This document shows, in pieces, positions 12,893 to 26,667 of a stretch of DNA of 64,000 bases; within the stretch, counting starts at the first letter, position 1; every line of letters starts with the position of its first letter. The notes under the pieces are model-generated. The model saw only the letters and a program-made list of their open reading frames with translations, was not told the origin of the DNA and searched no databases. The DNA is from Catajapyx aquilonaris (Eukaryota): the NCBI GenBank assembly GCA_000934665.2, contig KZ538146.1:1-64000 (forward strand), read 5' to 3'. A program made the translations under genes and the position numbers.

Positions 12893-13755
12893 GGTGGATA
12901 TGAAGCTACCTCCCTAGTCAATTCAGTGTCTAGAACAAAAACGTTAATTAGAGCAGTTAAATTCGGGAAAACACATGCATCTAATGCAGTAGTGGATGCT
13001 GAGGAATAATATGCATTCCATTTTAAAATCCAACGTAAACTCGATTTGTTACAGGGCAAAACCTAATTCACTTGCAACACATTGCCAACCTACTGGAATG
13101 TACACACCTGAATTTTTAGTTTGCCATAGGCAGCATATTTAGGATCAAAGGCGACGGTAGTGGGTGACAGTTACGAGGCTCTACAATGTCGTGTTACATC
13201 CATTACATAATACACATTATCTTCGGAAAGGGAGGGGGATAAGTGTAGGCTTTAATTTACGGTAAGTTGGTAACCAACTGTTGACATAAAAGTGGCAACG
13301 CCGCTCTCGCAAATTCGGACACTCTGCGTGCCATTTCGTAGGAAAATCACTTTAATAAACAAACACTACCATGGATACATCCATTCGTGTAGGAGGCCAT
13401 GTTGCCACTTCTCCCGTGCCTCAGGATAGCGTCGCACCATTTTTCTTTTTTCCACGATAACAATTTAAATCATTCGGTTTGATATCTTTTTCTTGCGTTC
13501 TTTGTAATTACTATATTATTCTTCACATTTCACATATATTACTTTCAAACTGTCAAATTGTGAAGATGGTTTAAAATAAAGTTTAAATTTAACATTGGAG
13601 CTTATGGACAGTCGGCACATTCTGAGCCATTTTGCGAGCTTATTTGCCCGGTTAGGGGTGATTTTTTTCCACCATTGGGAAGAGGGCTTCTTACTCTATA
13701 AACCCTGTGAATTTCAAAACGATGTCAAATTGTGAGCCTTAGCTTCATATCCACC
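12893..13755. mobile_element. Kolobok-type non-autonomous element
   Basis: 16-bp perfect TIR GGTGGATATGAAGCTA / TAGCTTCATATCCACC, flanked by TTAA on both sides, with RR...YY termini. Confidence 0.75.
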
Positions 13756-14662
13756 TTAAAAAGCATTGTTTGATGTGCTACTCTAATTCTAATACTCCTT
13801 CCCGTTTCTTTGAGATAAATTCTTTTTTTAAGGTGTTTATAGTGTAGCAAACCTTTTAATATTTTAAATTTTTATTTAGTTTTATTGCCACGGAGGACTC
13901 AGAGTTCAATGGGGAGGGGGGAGGGGGTCAAAACCTTATACATAGGCTACTATACTGGCATAACTATCATCACGCTAAAAAATTTAAACAAAAATTATAT
14001 ATGTGAAGCCCGATATAGTTTATATATTTTTAGTAGACTGCGCATTGGAGCACTACCTCCTCTCACCTATGCCATTATTACCCACAAAACGTCTACGTAA
14101 TGTACGCATGTGGTTCCAAAAAAAAGGTGGAATAAACAACGTCGTCTATAGTGATGTAATAGCACTATGCATGGAGGCATTGAGAAGAAATAGTAACTTG
14201 TCTTAGTGGTTAACCATTTTTGGCATTACTGTATTCGGGTTTTTTCGCGTATAGTAACGGGATTGATGTTGAAAATACGACGCAAGCTTAGCTCCGAAAA
14301 TCGATGACAGTTAAGTGCATTTTAATTGGAACACCCTGCATTGGCATATACAGTATTTTAGGACGTAATTTCCTGGAACGTTTGCAACCCGTACGACCCT
14401 GTCCGCATTCTACTGTAAACTTCACTTTCCATGCAACTGTCAGGACCAGACCGTGGTCAGGACCTACTACTGCTGGTGGTCGCATAAAAATGCGACCTTA
14501 TACGTCCATGGCTGGACGGGTTGCAAATCCTAGAGCCTGTATCCGAGTCTAGGTCGGGTGTAGTGACGTATTTAGGTTTTTTGCCGCCCTAGGCATAGCC
14601 TTATCTGCCCCCTCCCCTCCCCCGGCTGATTTTTAGGTCCTCCTTAATCTTACCTTTAACAG

Positions 14663-14817
14663 TCGGTTAAAGGTTCACATTTCCACATGAGGCGGTGAAA
14701 TTAGCCTCCAACAGAGGTGCTACCTAGGGGAGTGCGAATCATTGCAGCATGGGGAGGCAGCACCTATGTTGGAGGCTAATTTGACCGCCTTATGTGGAAA
14801 GGTAATCCTTTAACCGA
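14663..14817. mobile_element. Palindromic MITE
   Basis: Imperfect arms of ~60 bp: TCGGTTAAAGG...TTTCCACATGAGGCGGTGAAATTAGCCTCCAACAGAGGTGCT and its reverse complement. Confidence 0.7.
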
Positions 14818-15989
14818 AAGGTAACTGTTTGAAAGTAACTGCTTAATAATAAGCATGTTAGCAACAAAAAATCGCTAACCACTGTCGACATTGCACGTGG
14901 GAGTTTCAAAAGAGACGAAGGTCAGCCTGACATTGCTTTATGAATTATCACTAATGACCATATAACCAACTTGCAACATGCATAGTGGACAAAGTGCAAA
15001 ATTAAATTAATGTGAAGATAGCTCCCATAATCAAAGAAGGTCGAATAACAAGGAAAATTACAAGATATACATATAAGATATACATACAAGATATAACATT
15101 ATGAAACCTTTTAAAAATTAGAATGTTACTAGATTTTAATTGCGAAAACATGACCCTCAGAAAAGTCACGTTCGCTGCTACATTCTTCACTGAGAGAAGC
15201 GGATGTAACGCAGAAAAATGTTCCTAACTTCATTGAATTGTAATTAAAAAAGTTTCAAATTATTCATGTGACCTGAAGAGACATACAATATGTAAAATAT
15301 TTGACGAAGATTATGATGATCACGGAAGGAAATAAGGTTAACCGCAGTTTTTGCAAGTCATTGCTAATAAAAAGCTGATTTTTCAAATGTTTCGAATTAT
15401 TATCTTATACATTTTGTCACAGATTCCGTACCTTAATTTGTTTGACTATCATGTAATCAGGAACCCTATGAAAACCTTACGAAACAGTATTCACGTAAAT
15501 TAAAACCTCGAATAATAGAGGTCCACATTTCCTTTGGGTGGCACAATATATTACTGTACTATAGTTATCTGATACTACTGTAAAATCATGCCTGACACCC
15601 ACTCAGTTCACACTCACAATGCTACTCAAAGAAGAAGGCCAAAGAAGAACAATAAGTGCGTATAGTATTTCTGAAGACTTATGGATGAGCATGCATAATG
15701 AATCATTACTTAACGCCATACCAGAATATCATCAACCTTGGCAATGATATTGAACTTTGATACAATAACGTACGATAAGAGTTTACATTCTTCAGGGCCG
15801 CATTCAGGTTCTCATTTGTTGGAAGCGTTACAATATTGAGACGAAAACAGGTGTGGAAATTGTCTTCTACACTAAAATAAAATAATTAAGCATTGCCAAT
15901 CTGCAACTTTGTGCTATCTTGTAAGTGCATAGTGTTGGAAAGTTGTTTCTAGTTATCTCAGTTCATGCTTGACATATTCCCCCCCCCCC

Positions 15990-16184
15990 NNNNNNNNNNN
16001 NNNNNNNNNNNNNNNNNNNNNNNNNNNNNNNNNNNNNNNNNNNNNNNNNNNNNNNNNNNNNNNNNNNNNNNNNNNNNNNNNNNNNNNNNNNNNNNNNNNN
16101 NNNNNNNNNNNNNNNNNNNNNNNNNNNNNNNNNNNNNNNNNNNNNNNNNNNNNNNNNNNNNNNNNNNNNNNNNNNNNNNNNNNN
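15990..16184. other. Assembly gap (N run) between C and G homopolymers
   Basis: About 195 N bases. Confidence 0.99.
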
Positions 16185-19100
16185 GGGGGGGGGGGGGGGG
16201 GGGGGGAGAACCCACCAAATAACTTTGAGCATCACTTCCTGAGCGGCAAGCCAGCCTTCCAGCCTTGTAAAGCACACGAACAAGAGAGAAAGTATACCCA
16301 AATCGTGATTAGATCACGCTACTTTGACAGAGCCATCTTTACCTAAGGGATTTCAGAACTAAGTGGAAGCCGCACTCTTTCTAATGGGCATGATGCTGTT
16401 ATTAAATACTTGCATAGCTATAGATTCTGGCCTATGATAGAAGAAAAAAATATATGAATGGAGTGATAAGTAGATTTGCAGGCCGCTCTCTACTTCTTCT
16501 CTGTCGTAATCCGGCCAAAAAGCAAGTGTGATGTATCACTTTCCTCCTAGTGCTCTCAAAGGTTCGGCTCCGACAAAGGGTCACGGAAAATCGTGACTTC
16601 TCCACATCTCTAACACTGCACATCTTTCTGCCGATGGCATGGAAATTCGGGGCCACAACCTTTCCGGATTAACACTACTTATCGCCACTTAATGCGCCTA
16701 ATGGTGCATGTCAGATGCGGCTAATCATTGGGCTGGCTTTTAGAAGCGCCTATACATACATAAAGGAAGAATATTAGGCAATATTTTCTCTACGTTATTT
16801 TATTACTGCATATATAATGTGGGAGAAGGTTGTGATGAAAGGTAGCAATCACATCATATATAAACTTGAATATGTTACACATATGTAGAATATGAAGACT
16901 TAAAATGCACATTTTGGTCAAAATATTTATTTTAAATATTTAGCATGCTTTCTGATAGGTTCCCTGATTACTTCAGAAAAATGTTTTAAACAGGCCCGAC
17001 ACATATTAATGCAATCTTTAATAGCTAAATCCTCATATCTTCAATCCTTCATATGAAATTGGCTGAGGCATCGAGCGATATATTGGCACAAAATTTCAGG
17101 CATTAATTTCACGCATCGTGTGTATCATTTCCAGTCCGAATGATCAACTCCTATGGCAGAAAAGAAAGTTGGAAGTTTCCATTCTCAGGACGCGTAGAGT
17201 TTCATTTCCCTTGGTCAGACAAAGGAGCACATATTATGGCGGAAACTCATTGTTTTTCCTACTAGCAAATGATAACCTTGGTTGATTAAAATCCTAATTG
17301 CAGTCTCCGATATGTATTTTTTTTCGGTCTCTTTCTTCCTCTCTGCTCTCGTTACATTTCCGCCAACACCAGATGAGCCAGAGAGGGGCATTGTTCTGAC
17401 TGCTGCACTCATTAAGGTTACTGTCCTAATTGTAATTAGTCCAATGCCACACCGGACATTCAGGGACAAGGTCTTTATCCAGTTCGTTACGGTCAGTATA
17501 TTGCAGCAAAATGACTGTGTAGGTTGTGATTGGCATGTCGGAGTTGTGACTTTTCATGATGACCAGATTGGGCATGGGGGTCATTTCATTAATGAATATA
17601 TTCATAATTCCGCCATATAGTAGTATATAATAAGTAGGCCTACAAAGCCTGACAAAAATGTGACCGGAACCTTTTGTCCTAATTGGTCATTCACATGGGT
17701 CACGCCCTGCCTTTTCATACACCGGTACAGTACTAACGTTTCCCTATTTCTGGAAAAAAAAATTGCCGGGGGATTGCGGTTGACATGAGGAACAGGCGGA
17801 ACATTTTAGTCAGTTCAAAATGACTCGACTTCCCGGATACAAGCCAGAAACCACCGCTCATCCTGCCCCTCAACTAAAGATGACTGACCCCTTGACCACA
17901 CGCAACGGTCACTGCCACAACCGCAAACGCGGATCCCAATTTTTGCTACCTGAACATTCACGTTATTCGGTTACACATTGCTGACAGTTACGTCTAATCC
18001 AAAAATATGTAATTATCAGAACAAAATCCATGTTTCGCTCATTTGTACGCTCTGGTTAGCAACGTTGTTTTCTTTGCTGCCTGTCAACAAGACTCATCAG
18101 GAGTGGCAATAAAATATGATGCTCAGTTTGGCCAGATGGAACGACATACCTCTGAGAAGCATTCGCACAAACAGATTAATGGAAGCAAAGTAGGTTACGT
18201 TAAGCGTCTCGTGATCAGCCTATTGTAGGCCATCATGAAGATGCTAGTGTGAGAAGGAGAACGTGCAGAGAAGAAGAATAAAAACTCATATAAATTCACA
18301 GCTGGACATATGGAGCAACCCAAATAGATCCAGAGGTGTCAACGCATGGTCATTTTTTAATGTTTGTTTTTTTTCAGGCCGGAAATTCACACGACCTCTA
18401 AAAGAAATTGTATTACTTTCCCTCCACATACACATAGTGTACACCATACACAACGAGTATGGAAAAACCCCATCAAGGCACGAATCACTTTGACTTTTTG
18501 CGGAACCTTCAGGCAAGGTCAAGGAGCGGAAAGGCCTCGTGGTCACGTCTCTACAGTAAATAACCTCAGTGCAACCTTAGGTCTGCATGTGGTTTTACGT
18601 GCGTGATGCAATCTACTATGGTATCTGACACTATTTTATTTATACCCGACACTACGACCTGTTTCCAACAAGGTGATCCAACAGGAACACTAAAATTGAA
18701 CTTAATTTTCAACCAGCTGGCATGAATCTGCCATGAATATATAGTAGGGTAGTTTTGGCGCCCATACAATTTGGACCTTCACGAAAGTGGCACTCGGCTG
18801 TGTTTTCCAGCTGTAAATTACCCAGTTGATTGTTGTGAAAACAATAGGAGTGTTTGCCCCGGGTCATCGCGCAACTGACCACCAGGTCACACCTGAAGTG
18901 CGTTTCTCCTCCAGGTGACACAGGTCAGGCTTTACCATCCGCTCCACAACAATCAACCCTTAAAATTAGTATCAATCAACCCAAAAAAAGGGTTGGTGTC
19001 CCATCCACCATTTAAAAAAAAAACTGACAATAAGACATGATGAGAATATACCTACAATGCCTTGAGGCCAAGCAAACAGGCAGCCTGGCAAGCTCTCTCC

Positions 19101-22100
19101 CCCGTCTCCCCCACCTTCCCCTTCCTCCCATCTCCCTCTCCCCCCTTCTCTCTCTCTCTCTCTCTCTCCGTGTTACAATGGCACAGGGAAACCAGTCGAA
19201 TTCCGGAACACCCTCTAGCTAGTGGGGCAGTCTAAGCCCTGGGTACCTCTCGAGTGGAGTGAGTGGTCCACTCGTTGTTGTTGTTGTTGTTGTTTTTTTT
19301 TGTATCCACACATGTAGCCAGTGTGTGTGTGTCGTCCCATGCACCAAGCAGAAGGATGACCCACTCCCCGTACCATTCGGTCAACTGTTGACTTCCTATT
19401 TATTTTCTGATTTATTTATGGACTAGGATGGGGAAGAAATATGCAGTTGGAACACACGGCTGTGTTGCAGGTATGGTGTATTGTTGTGAGTGGTCGGGTC
19501 GGTTTGGGGGGGTTGCAAGGTGGCGGTGTGGTGTTCGGTCACGGTTACTTAGGCAGAGTGCGCGGGGTTGTAATGCAGGCGAGACTAATTATATAGGAGG
19601 ATGTTGGTGGTTGAGGTGTTATTGGGCGTGTGGGCAACGGATAGCTGACCTTATGTTTTATTCAGAATTTGTGGCAGGAGCATGAGGATGAAAGTGGATA
19701 CGATGGGAAATTTTATTAGCTATGTTTTTTTTTTTTTGTTTAGGTCGAGCCGGATGGGATAGATAGATACATTAACCCGCGAGATGTGTATTTGTATTGC
19801 GTTGTTTAAGTGTGATGATATTATAAATTAGTGTGTAATATGCATTATAACATTAGCGAGTAATTTTATACATGTGGTATTTAATGCTCAAATGTTTTAC
19901 GATGCAGCCTATAATTTAGCGGAATCGCTATATTCCGCGAGGATTTTCAGGATGAACAAGTCACGGATATACATCCTCCTGGGACCAATACAAAATTTGG
20001 AATTGTCAATTTTCGCTGAATACAGGGTTCGTTATACGTATATCCTGATTACAGTTTAATTCGAGTCGCCGCTGCTAACCGTAGTGTGTAAAAATAGCCA
20101 CAACTACTAAATGTGATTATTCATGAAATATTGATTTCCAGAAACTTATGATGTTCATTTTGGCTAATGCGAACAATTTTCAGTTGCAATTTCTCAATAT
20201 CTTATAAATATCGACATCATATCTAATTATCCTGTGCTTAGATATTGCGTGGGACACTTCAGGGGTTTCATAATTAAATTACTGTAGCTTTACCTAGCGA
20301 AATGTACGGTATAGTATGTCATCAATTAAAAATTAGCTCCAGTGCATTCGCCTGACAATTTGTTGCAATACAACGGAACTAGGATGTCCTTATCACGACC
20401 AAAAGGGGACATTCCAGTGTGAATCAGCATTCCTGAAGCCAAAAGGCGACGCGACGTTTCCTTTACCGGCTACATCATTAGTCTTGTTCACGCGGTATGC
20501 ATGTCGCATGGTATGCAGGAGCTACCACCGTTGGTGAACACGGGTGCAACACACGATGTGAATGAAAACACGCCTTTTTCTGTGCTGGAGTTCCGATTCA
20601 CACTGACTTGAAAAACACATCGACTCATCACGCACTTCTGGAATATTTTTAAAGGGTGTGCCAAAAAGTGTTTGACATTCTTGAACACTAACCTTACCAA
20701 CTTGAGGTACGTAAAAAAAACAGGATGAAACCTTCAAGTGGGAAGATGGGTGGAGAACACAATAGGGGTGCAGATGGGAAATTACAGTGATGGAAGTTAA
20801 GGACAGAGATGAGTCTGCTTCATCATCATCTATCCCTCCCATATCCACACAAACGACAGATCAAGTACCGTTGACCAGCAGCCCTAGAAACCGGAATGTC
20901 TTCTTCTTCTTTTTTTATAACTCGTGATATTTAGTCGTCCTTGACAAGAGGCCGGAATAACGATAATAATAGTACATAAAAAAAGGATGGTGCTCACTTT
21001 TATACCCGAGATGTTGCATCCTTGGAGATGCGGCAAGAAAGTCTAGAAGGAGACGAGTGTGAACGTGTTCACGCCTATTCAATATCCGCAGGTACATTCA
21101 AGGCTGCCTGCGTGTCCCACTCTCTCGCATTCTTGTCCTCTGCATAATAATTATCATTCTTTAAGAAAATATTATCTTTTGCGTATTTCCGTGTCGTTCT
21201 CCGGCAAAGAAAAGTGGGCATTTGCAATTGGCAATCGGTCCAAACGGGTTTCCTTCCTTTCTGGATTCGCGTTACGGAAGTATGGCCGGCATTTTATTAC
21301 GTGCGAAAGTTCTACTGGAACTATTTATTAGAGCAGAACTTGCTGTGCCATTACCTTGTTGTGCTAATCAGCATTCCTCAACCTGCTCCGTTAGCATGTC
21401 GCTTTTCAAAACAAAAGGAGTGTCTGAGAGTAGGATTTATATACCACGGGGATGTAAATTCAGACATGGCTATCATTTCTTCACGACCCAGTGCCCCTTC
21501 ACTCCTCCAGATAATTTTACCATGGCATGGGTCTCCTCTGAGATGTTGTCAGGTAATAAATTCGCAACCTGAGAAAGAAAAAAAACAACAACACGTAATT
21601 GTTGTAATACTACGTTACATCCAGGCTGTCCGTCTCTTACCAAAAGTGACGAGGTAATTCTGACCTGGACTAGCAAATGCAAATTATTTGCAGGCCTTTC
21701 ATTTTGTGTGGATGCGGCGTGTGGTTGAATCAGCGGTTGTCTAGTGAAGGAGAAAACATGGGCACGCGAAGAGGACAGGTGACAAATGCAAATGATTAGT
21801 GAGAGAGACGTCATTTTTTTGGGGCGACACGCAAATAATTTCCGGTATATCACGTACGATAAACGCGCGCGTCAACCAAAAAAACGCCCACAATTAGGAT
21901 TCTAATGAATCTTTCTAGTCACGATTCTTTCACAAACTAGGAAATAGTCGGACATTTGCAACCCGGAAAGGGTACAATCATTCGATTGAAGAGGTCACGA
22001 CCAGAGGTCTCTTTTACCATATCGTAGTAACGAGTATATTTGAATGTGAAAATATTTTTTTTACAGATAATTTAAACAGTATAGCCTATTTAGGTTAGGT

Positions 22101-22127
22101 CAGTTTATAAATATTGTTAGTTGTTGG

Positions 22128-22205
22128 GGAGACGGAGTGGCGCCGCGGTAACGCGCGCGCCCACGGAAGTTAAGGTTCCGGGTTCAATCCCCACCCGGGG
22201 TTCCC
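22128..22205 (+). mobile_element. tRNA-derived SINE head
   Basis: A-box-like GTGGCGCCGCGGTA and B box GGTTCAATCCC; poor cloverleaf. Confidence 0.55.
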
Positions 22206-24682
22206 ACCTTCTTTCGTGCAGAGTTGGGCCATCTCTGGCTTCGTTTCGGGTGGCAATTTCCGACAGACTAAGCCACCCGGGGGAGTTCACAAAATGACGA
22301 TTAGAGACATTGCACTTGCACTTTGCACATCCCCTCCCACCCACCCTTGGAGTACACTAATAAGATTCTATCTTNCCCCCCCCCCTAAGGAGTACGTAAC
22401 TCCCCCCGTGGGGTAATGCAAAAAAAAAATACTGTTAGTTGAAAAAGTAAGAGCATGTTACAATATTTCAAATGTCTTTAATTTTTATGTGACTTGATAG
22501 GCAAAATGGGCATACACAATATCATTAGCTGATAGATTCTGAGGCATTTATATTGACAAGAAGCTGCGACGTGAGAAAATTTTGAAAGCACACCAACTTG
22601 TTTGTGCTGTCTAATGAAGGTCAAAATGCATGTCGTGGAATAGATCGGTAGATGTTGTCACGTCAACTGCATAACTGTTTCCTTGAGTAATGAGAGGAGA
22701 GCACTCACTATTCACTTTGATCATATTTTATCAATGCAAAATATTTTATACCCATTATGCTTATGTGACATATATTTCTAAGGGTCGCCTTTGTAATAAT
22801 TATATGTATGTGGCAAACCATATTGCAAATTGATCCTGGTACTAAAATTGGATTCATTGTGATAGACCGACATAAATTCTTTATTAGACTATTACTTGTC
22901 TCATTAGATATCGATTTTGAGAGTTAAGAAACAGAGTCCATCATAATCAATCAAGGAGAAAACCCATTATTCACGAAATCCAATCACCTTCTGGCCCTAG
23001 AATCAAACTCAGGACACCTTTATAGTGAAAGCCTGTGGCGTAAATCACTATATCATCCTGCCGACCATTAAACTGATTTTATCACTCTGAAGTGCTCAGT
23101 AATGAATGAAAACTTGTAATAAGGGTGTTACATCAATGCTGTGGTATACAAGCAACGTACTAAAGCACCCGCTGTGTCACATATAAAGCCTTAGTTACGC
23201 ACTAATAGTAATGCACTTTCTGTCAAAATAAGTTTTGGCCAGATGTATCCTGGCATTATGCAGCCATCTGGTTTGGTCCAAGGTGAAGCCTGATGAAAAA
23301 TTACAAAAAATTGCCTATTTGGCTGCTGCGGATCCACGAGACAATTGCGAACCGAGATTTCACGTTGACGTTAACGTTAGCGTACCTTGGACTGGAAAGT
23401 CCCATATGCACATTGTCTGTCGCATAGTGATAATATCTCAACTTAGGCGGTGTGAAAATATGTCAAAAATAAACTGCACACATGTTATACAGTAATTTAT
23501 GCATTCACGCTTTCTGTTGCTGCACCATATGGCATGCTTATGACTATAAGAGTACAAGGTCACTTGGTTGAGCAATCTCCTGTGAAACATGTGCAGAAAA
23601 TGAAAACTGGAAAGTATTTTAAAGTGCTGAACATTCATAATTACTCAAATTTTGATATAATAATAAATATACCGGTATACGAACACGTAAAACAGTACCG
23701 AAAACAGTAAATTATTTTATTGGTAGCAGAGGGGCACGTGCATAGTGCATTGATTGTACGTAAAAATTTACAATTTTCTTAGAAATAATTTTATTACATC
23801 GCTTGTGCAGCTTACACTATGCAGAATTTCAGAATGTGCCATGAACTTAGTACAATGTCTTTTCTGGAACATAACATGCAATGTATATTTCACTCAATTC
23901 GCATTCACTGATTCGCTAAGAGGAAAAGGAAAGCTAATAAATTCAGCACTTGAATGTTGATATTTGTGTACATTTTTGCATATATACCGAACTGAGATGT
24001 AAAGATTCGTCGATAGTACAATAGTACAGAAATAACAAGATGACAATAATCGATGAAATGTGTGGCATTTTGTTCTTCAACATATCGCCAACAGAAAGCG
24101 TGCTCCAGTAAGGTAACTCAGTGAGTGCTGAGAAAGTCTCAATGGTGTTACACTCAATCACTCCACAGTTTCGCACCATTCATATCAACTCCATGCAAGT
24201 GTGATTGTATCTTGCGAGTGTGTAAATTGCCCACGTTGCACACTGCCTTCATGTATTGCATTGAGTTACCAGCAGTCGAATAGTTGTTACTTATAACACT
24301 TTGACGTTAAAAAATGATAATTTCTGGGAAAATCCACTTCCGTATGTAAGGAGCCACCTATTTTTTTTTGTGAAATACTCTCAAACAGTAGTACATTGAG
24401 TGCATATTGCAACAGGAGAAGGTGTGATGGCTGTGAGATTAGGAGTTCGAGTTCCAGGCTTTTTAGAGCCCTCGAATTCAATTACCCAACCGGCCACCCA
24501 GCAAGTGAGAAAGGGTGGAACCATTTCCCTTACCATGCATTTCGCCCATGTTCGGGGATTCTCCTCCTCTGACCTCTGTAGTAAAAACCGCCCATTTAGA
24601 AGGCCCGTAATGAGAGAAAAACTAATTCCAGTACCAGAGGACCTAGCTACTCATAGCTGAGATATTTAAAAAAATCACACCA

Positions 24683-24683
<1 letters not shown>

Positions 24684-24753
<70 letters not shown>
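24684..24753. repeat. (ATT)n microsatellite
   Basis: Perfect trinucleotide run. Confidence 0.95.
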
Positions 24754-26667
24754 GAGAAGATACGTCACTCAGTACAAAGTTTCATTAATATGCAAATTAA
24801 GACCCATGTTTTCAAAATCTCAGACGCAAGATTTGACCGACTATTGTTGTGAAAGTCTTCGAGAGTAGACTATACAGAACAAAACATGCAAATGTTCACA
24901 CGTAACTATCTGACCTTTAGAGGAATCCCCCCCCCCCCCACACACACACACACATAGTCGGGTAACAAGAAACTGTTCATAACAAGAGACCACGACAGGA
25001 AAGGATGATTCATCCTGTATCTACCACAACTCTTTTATTACCTAGCAGCATGTGATACTGACAAGTTAAAGACATGTGCTGTAGGTGTCAAAAACAACAG
25101 AACTGTGCAAAAAAATTAAGTTACGTAATAATTCGCGAATAACGCATAGATGCAACATTTTTAAGTTAGTAATAAACAGGAGGCGAATGACACCCTAAAA
25201 TGTTTTCCAAGTGTCCCTGTTTTAATGGCAAAGAAGGGGTGTTAAAAAGTTGTAAAATATGCTCCGTCCAGTGGAGCAAGGCGTGGTAGCCATTTGGGGT
25301 TGATGCCTTCTACTTCCCTTATTAGACTTACCCTTCAAAGTGGCTGTGGAAAAAAAAAAGCGCACATTTTCTGAGAAGACTTTTTTTTTTTCTGCGGCAG
25401 AGAAATCAACAGATCGAGGGGGGAAAGTGATGTTAAATTCTACGGAAACTACAATCGTATCGTATAAGGAGGAGTTCAATGCTCGGGATCACAAAGTATA
25501 ACATATCGTGAATGTACCTTTTTTTAAAAAGAGTCGATCATCAAACTCTTGCAACACAACACGAGACGGGTCGAAACTTTCAATCATTACGCAACTTTTT
25601 CTTTTCAACCCGAGGCAATTCTTGTTCGATGGCGTGTCATTATTGGGAAATTCTAAAGGCTTAGGTCGCTAGACATTGACGCCAGGCGGACATGACCTTC
25701 ATCGCCATATTTTATTGTCCGCGTTCCCCGCCCACCAAAACGATGAGATCACTCTTTAAGAGTTCAGAGCTCAAACAGCTGAAACCCCTTACATCCATCA
25801 TGTTTCATTAAAAGGAATTATTATCCATTGTGGCTGGAAAGCCCTGGACAACCAAAATGATGGATCTCTGGAGCTCGAAAGATCCTAAGGCGCCAAGAGT
25901 GTAATTGGCCCTCAGCCCTTTTAACATTCCTGAAATGACAGCCAATTCAGGCAATGAATATTTCTATTGTGACCAATTAATTAGGTCTCGAGCCCTGTAC
26001 GGCAAATATTTTAATGAAAGTGCCAGGCCACTCTTTTTTTTCTTCTTGCGCAAACGTGTGGTTCAACAGCGTGAGAAAACGAGCAGGTCATAAAATCTGG
26101 GCAGTGATTGGCGGATGGTTTTATCCTAGGGACAAATGACTTTCATTTTGCACTAGAAATGGCATAATTAACCCTTATTTTTCGTACACATGGCGGGAAA
26201 ATAAGTGATTCCGAATAGTTGCCTGTAACCTGGTGGCCCGTTGCCAAACGGCTATATAATCGCAATTACCACCGGACTTCACGTAATAAAACCCGGAGGA
26301 GAAAATTGATCTCACAGCCTGATATTCTCCTTGATTCATTCTGACTAAGTGATTACATAGGTTGCCCCCGATGACTGCATAGAAAAAATAATCCGGTTGT
26401 AGGGCGGGGCCGGTTGTTGGGAGCGAAATTATAAGTACAACGTGTCGGACGACCTGTCAAGACTAACGTAAATAACCCCACGCTAACGTTAAGCTGAACT
26501 GGATTTCTGGGGGCCTCGAATCTGTCCAATATATTTGAATCTGGATCTGTTTACATCTAAAACACGTGAGGTGAAAGCTCATTGAGGTAGGCTTGTCTTG
26601 GCTATTATTACTGTTCATTTATACAGCAAAAACGGTCAAAAGTGGAGGGCCAGAGGGTTAGGAGGAC

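Noticed and set aside
15958..16346. ORFs containing X runs
   Set aside because: They are artefacts of the N gap and flanking homopolymers.
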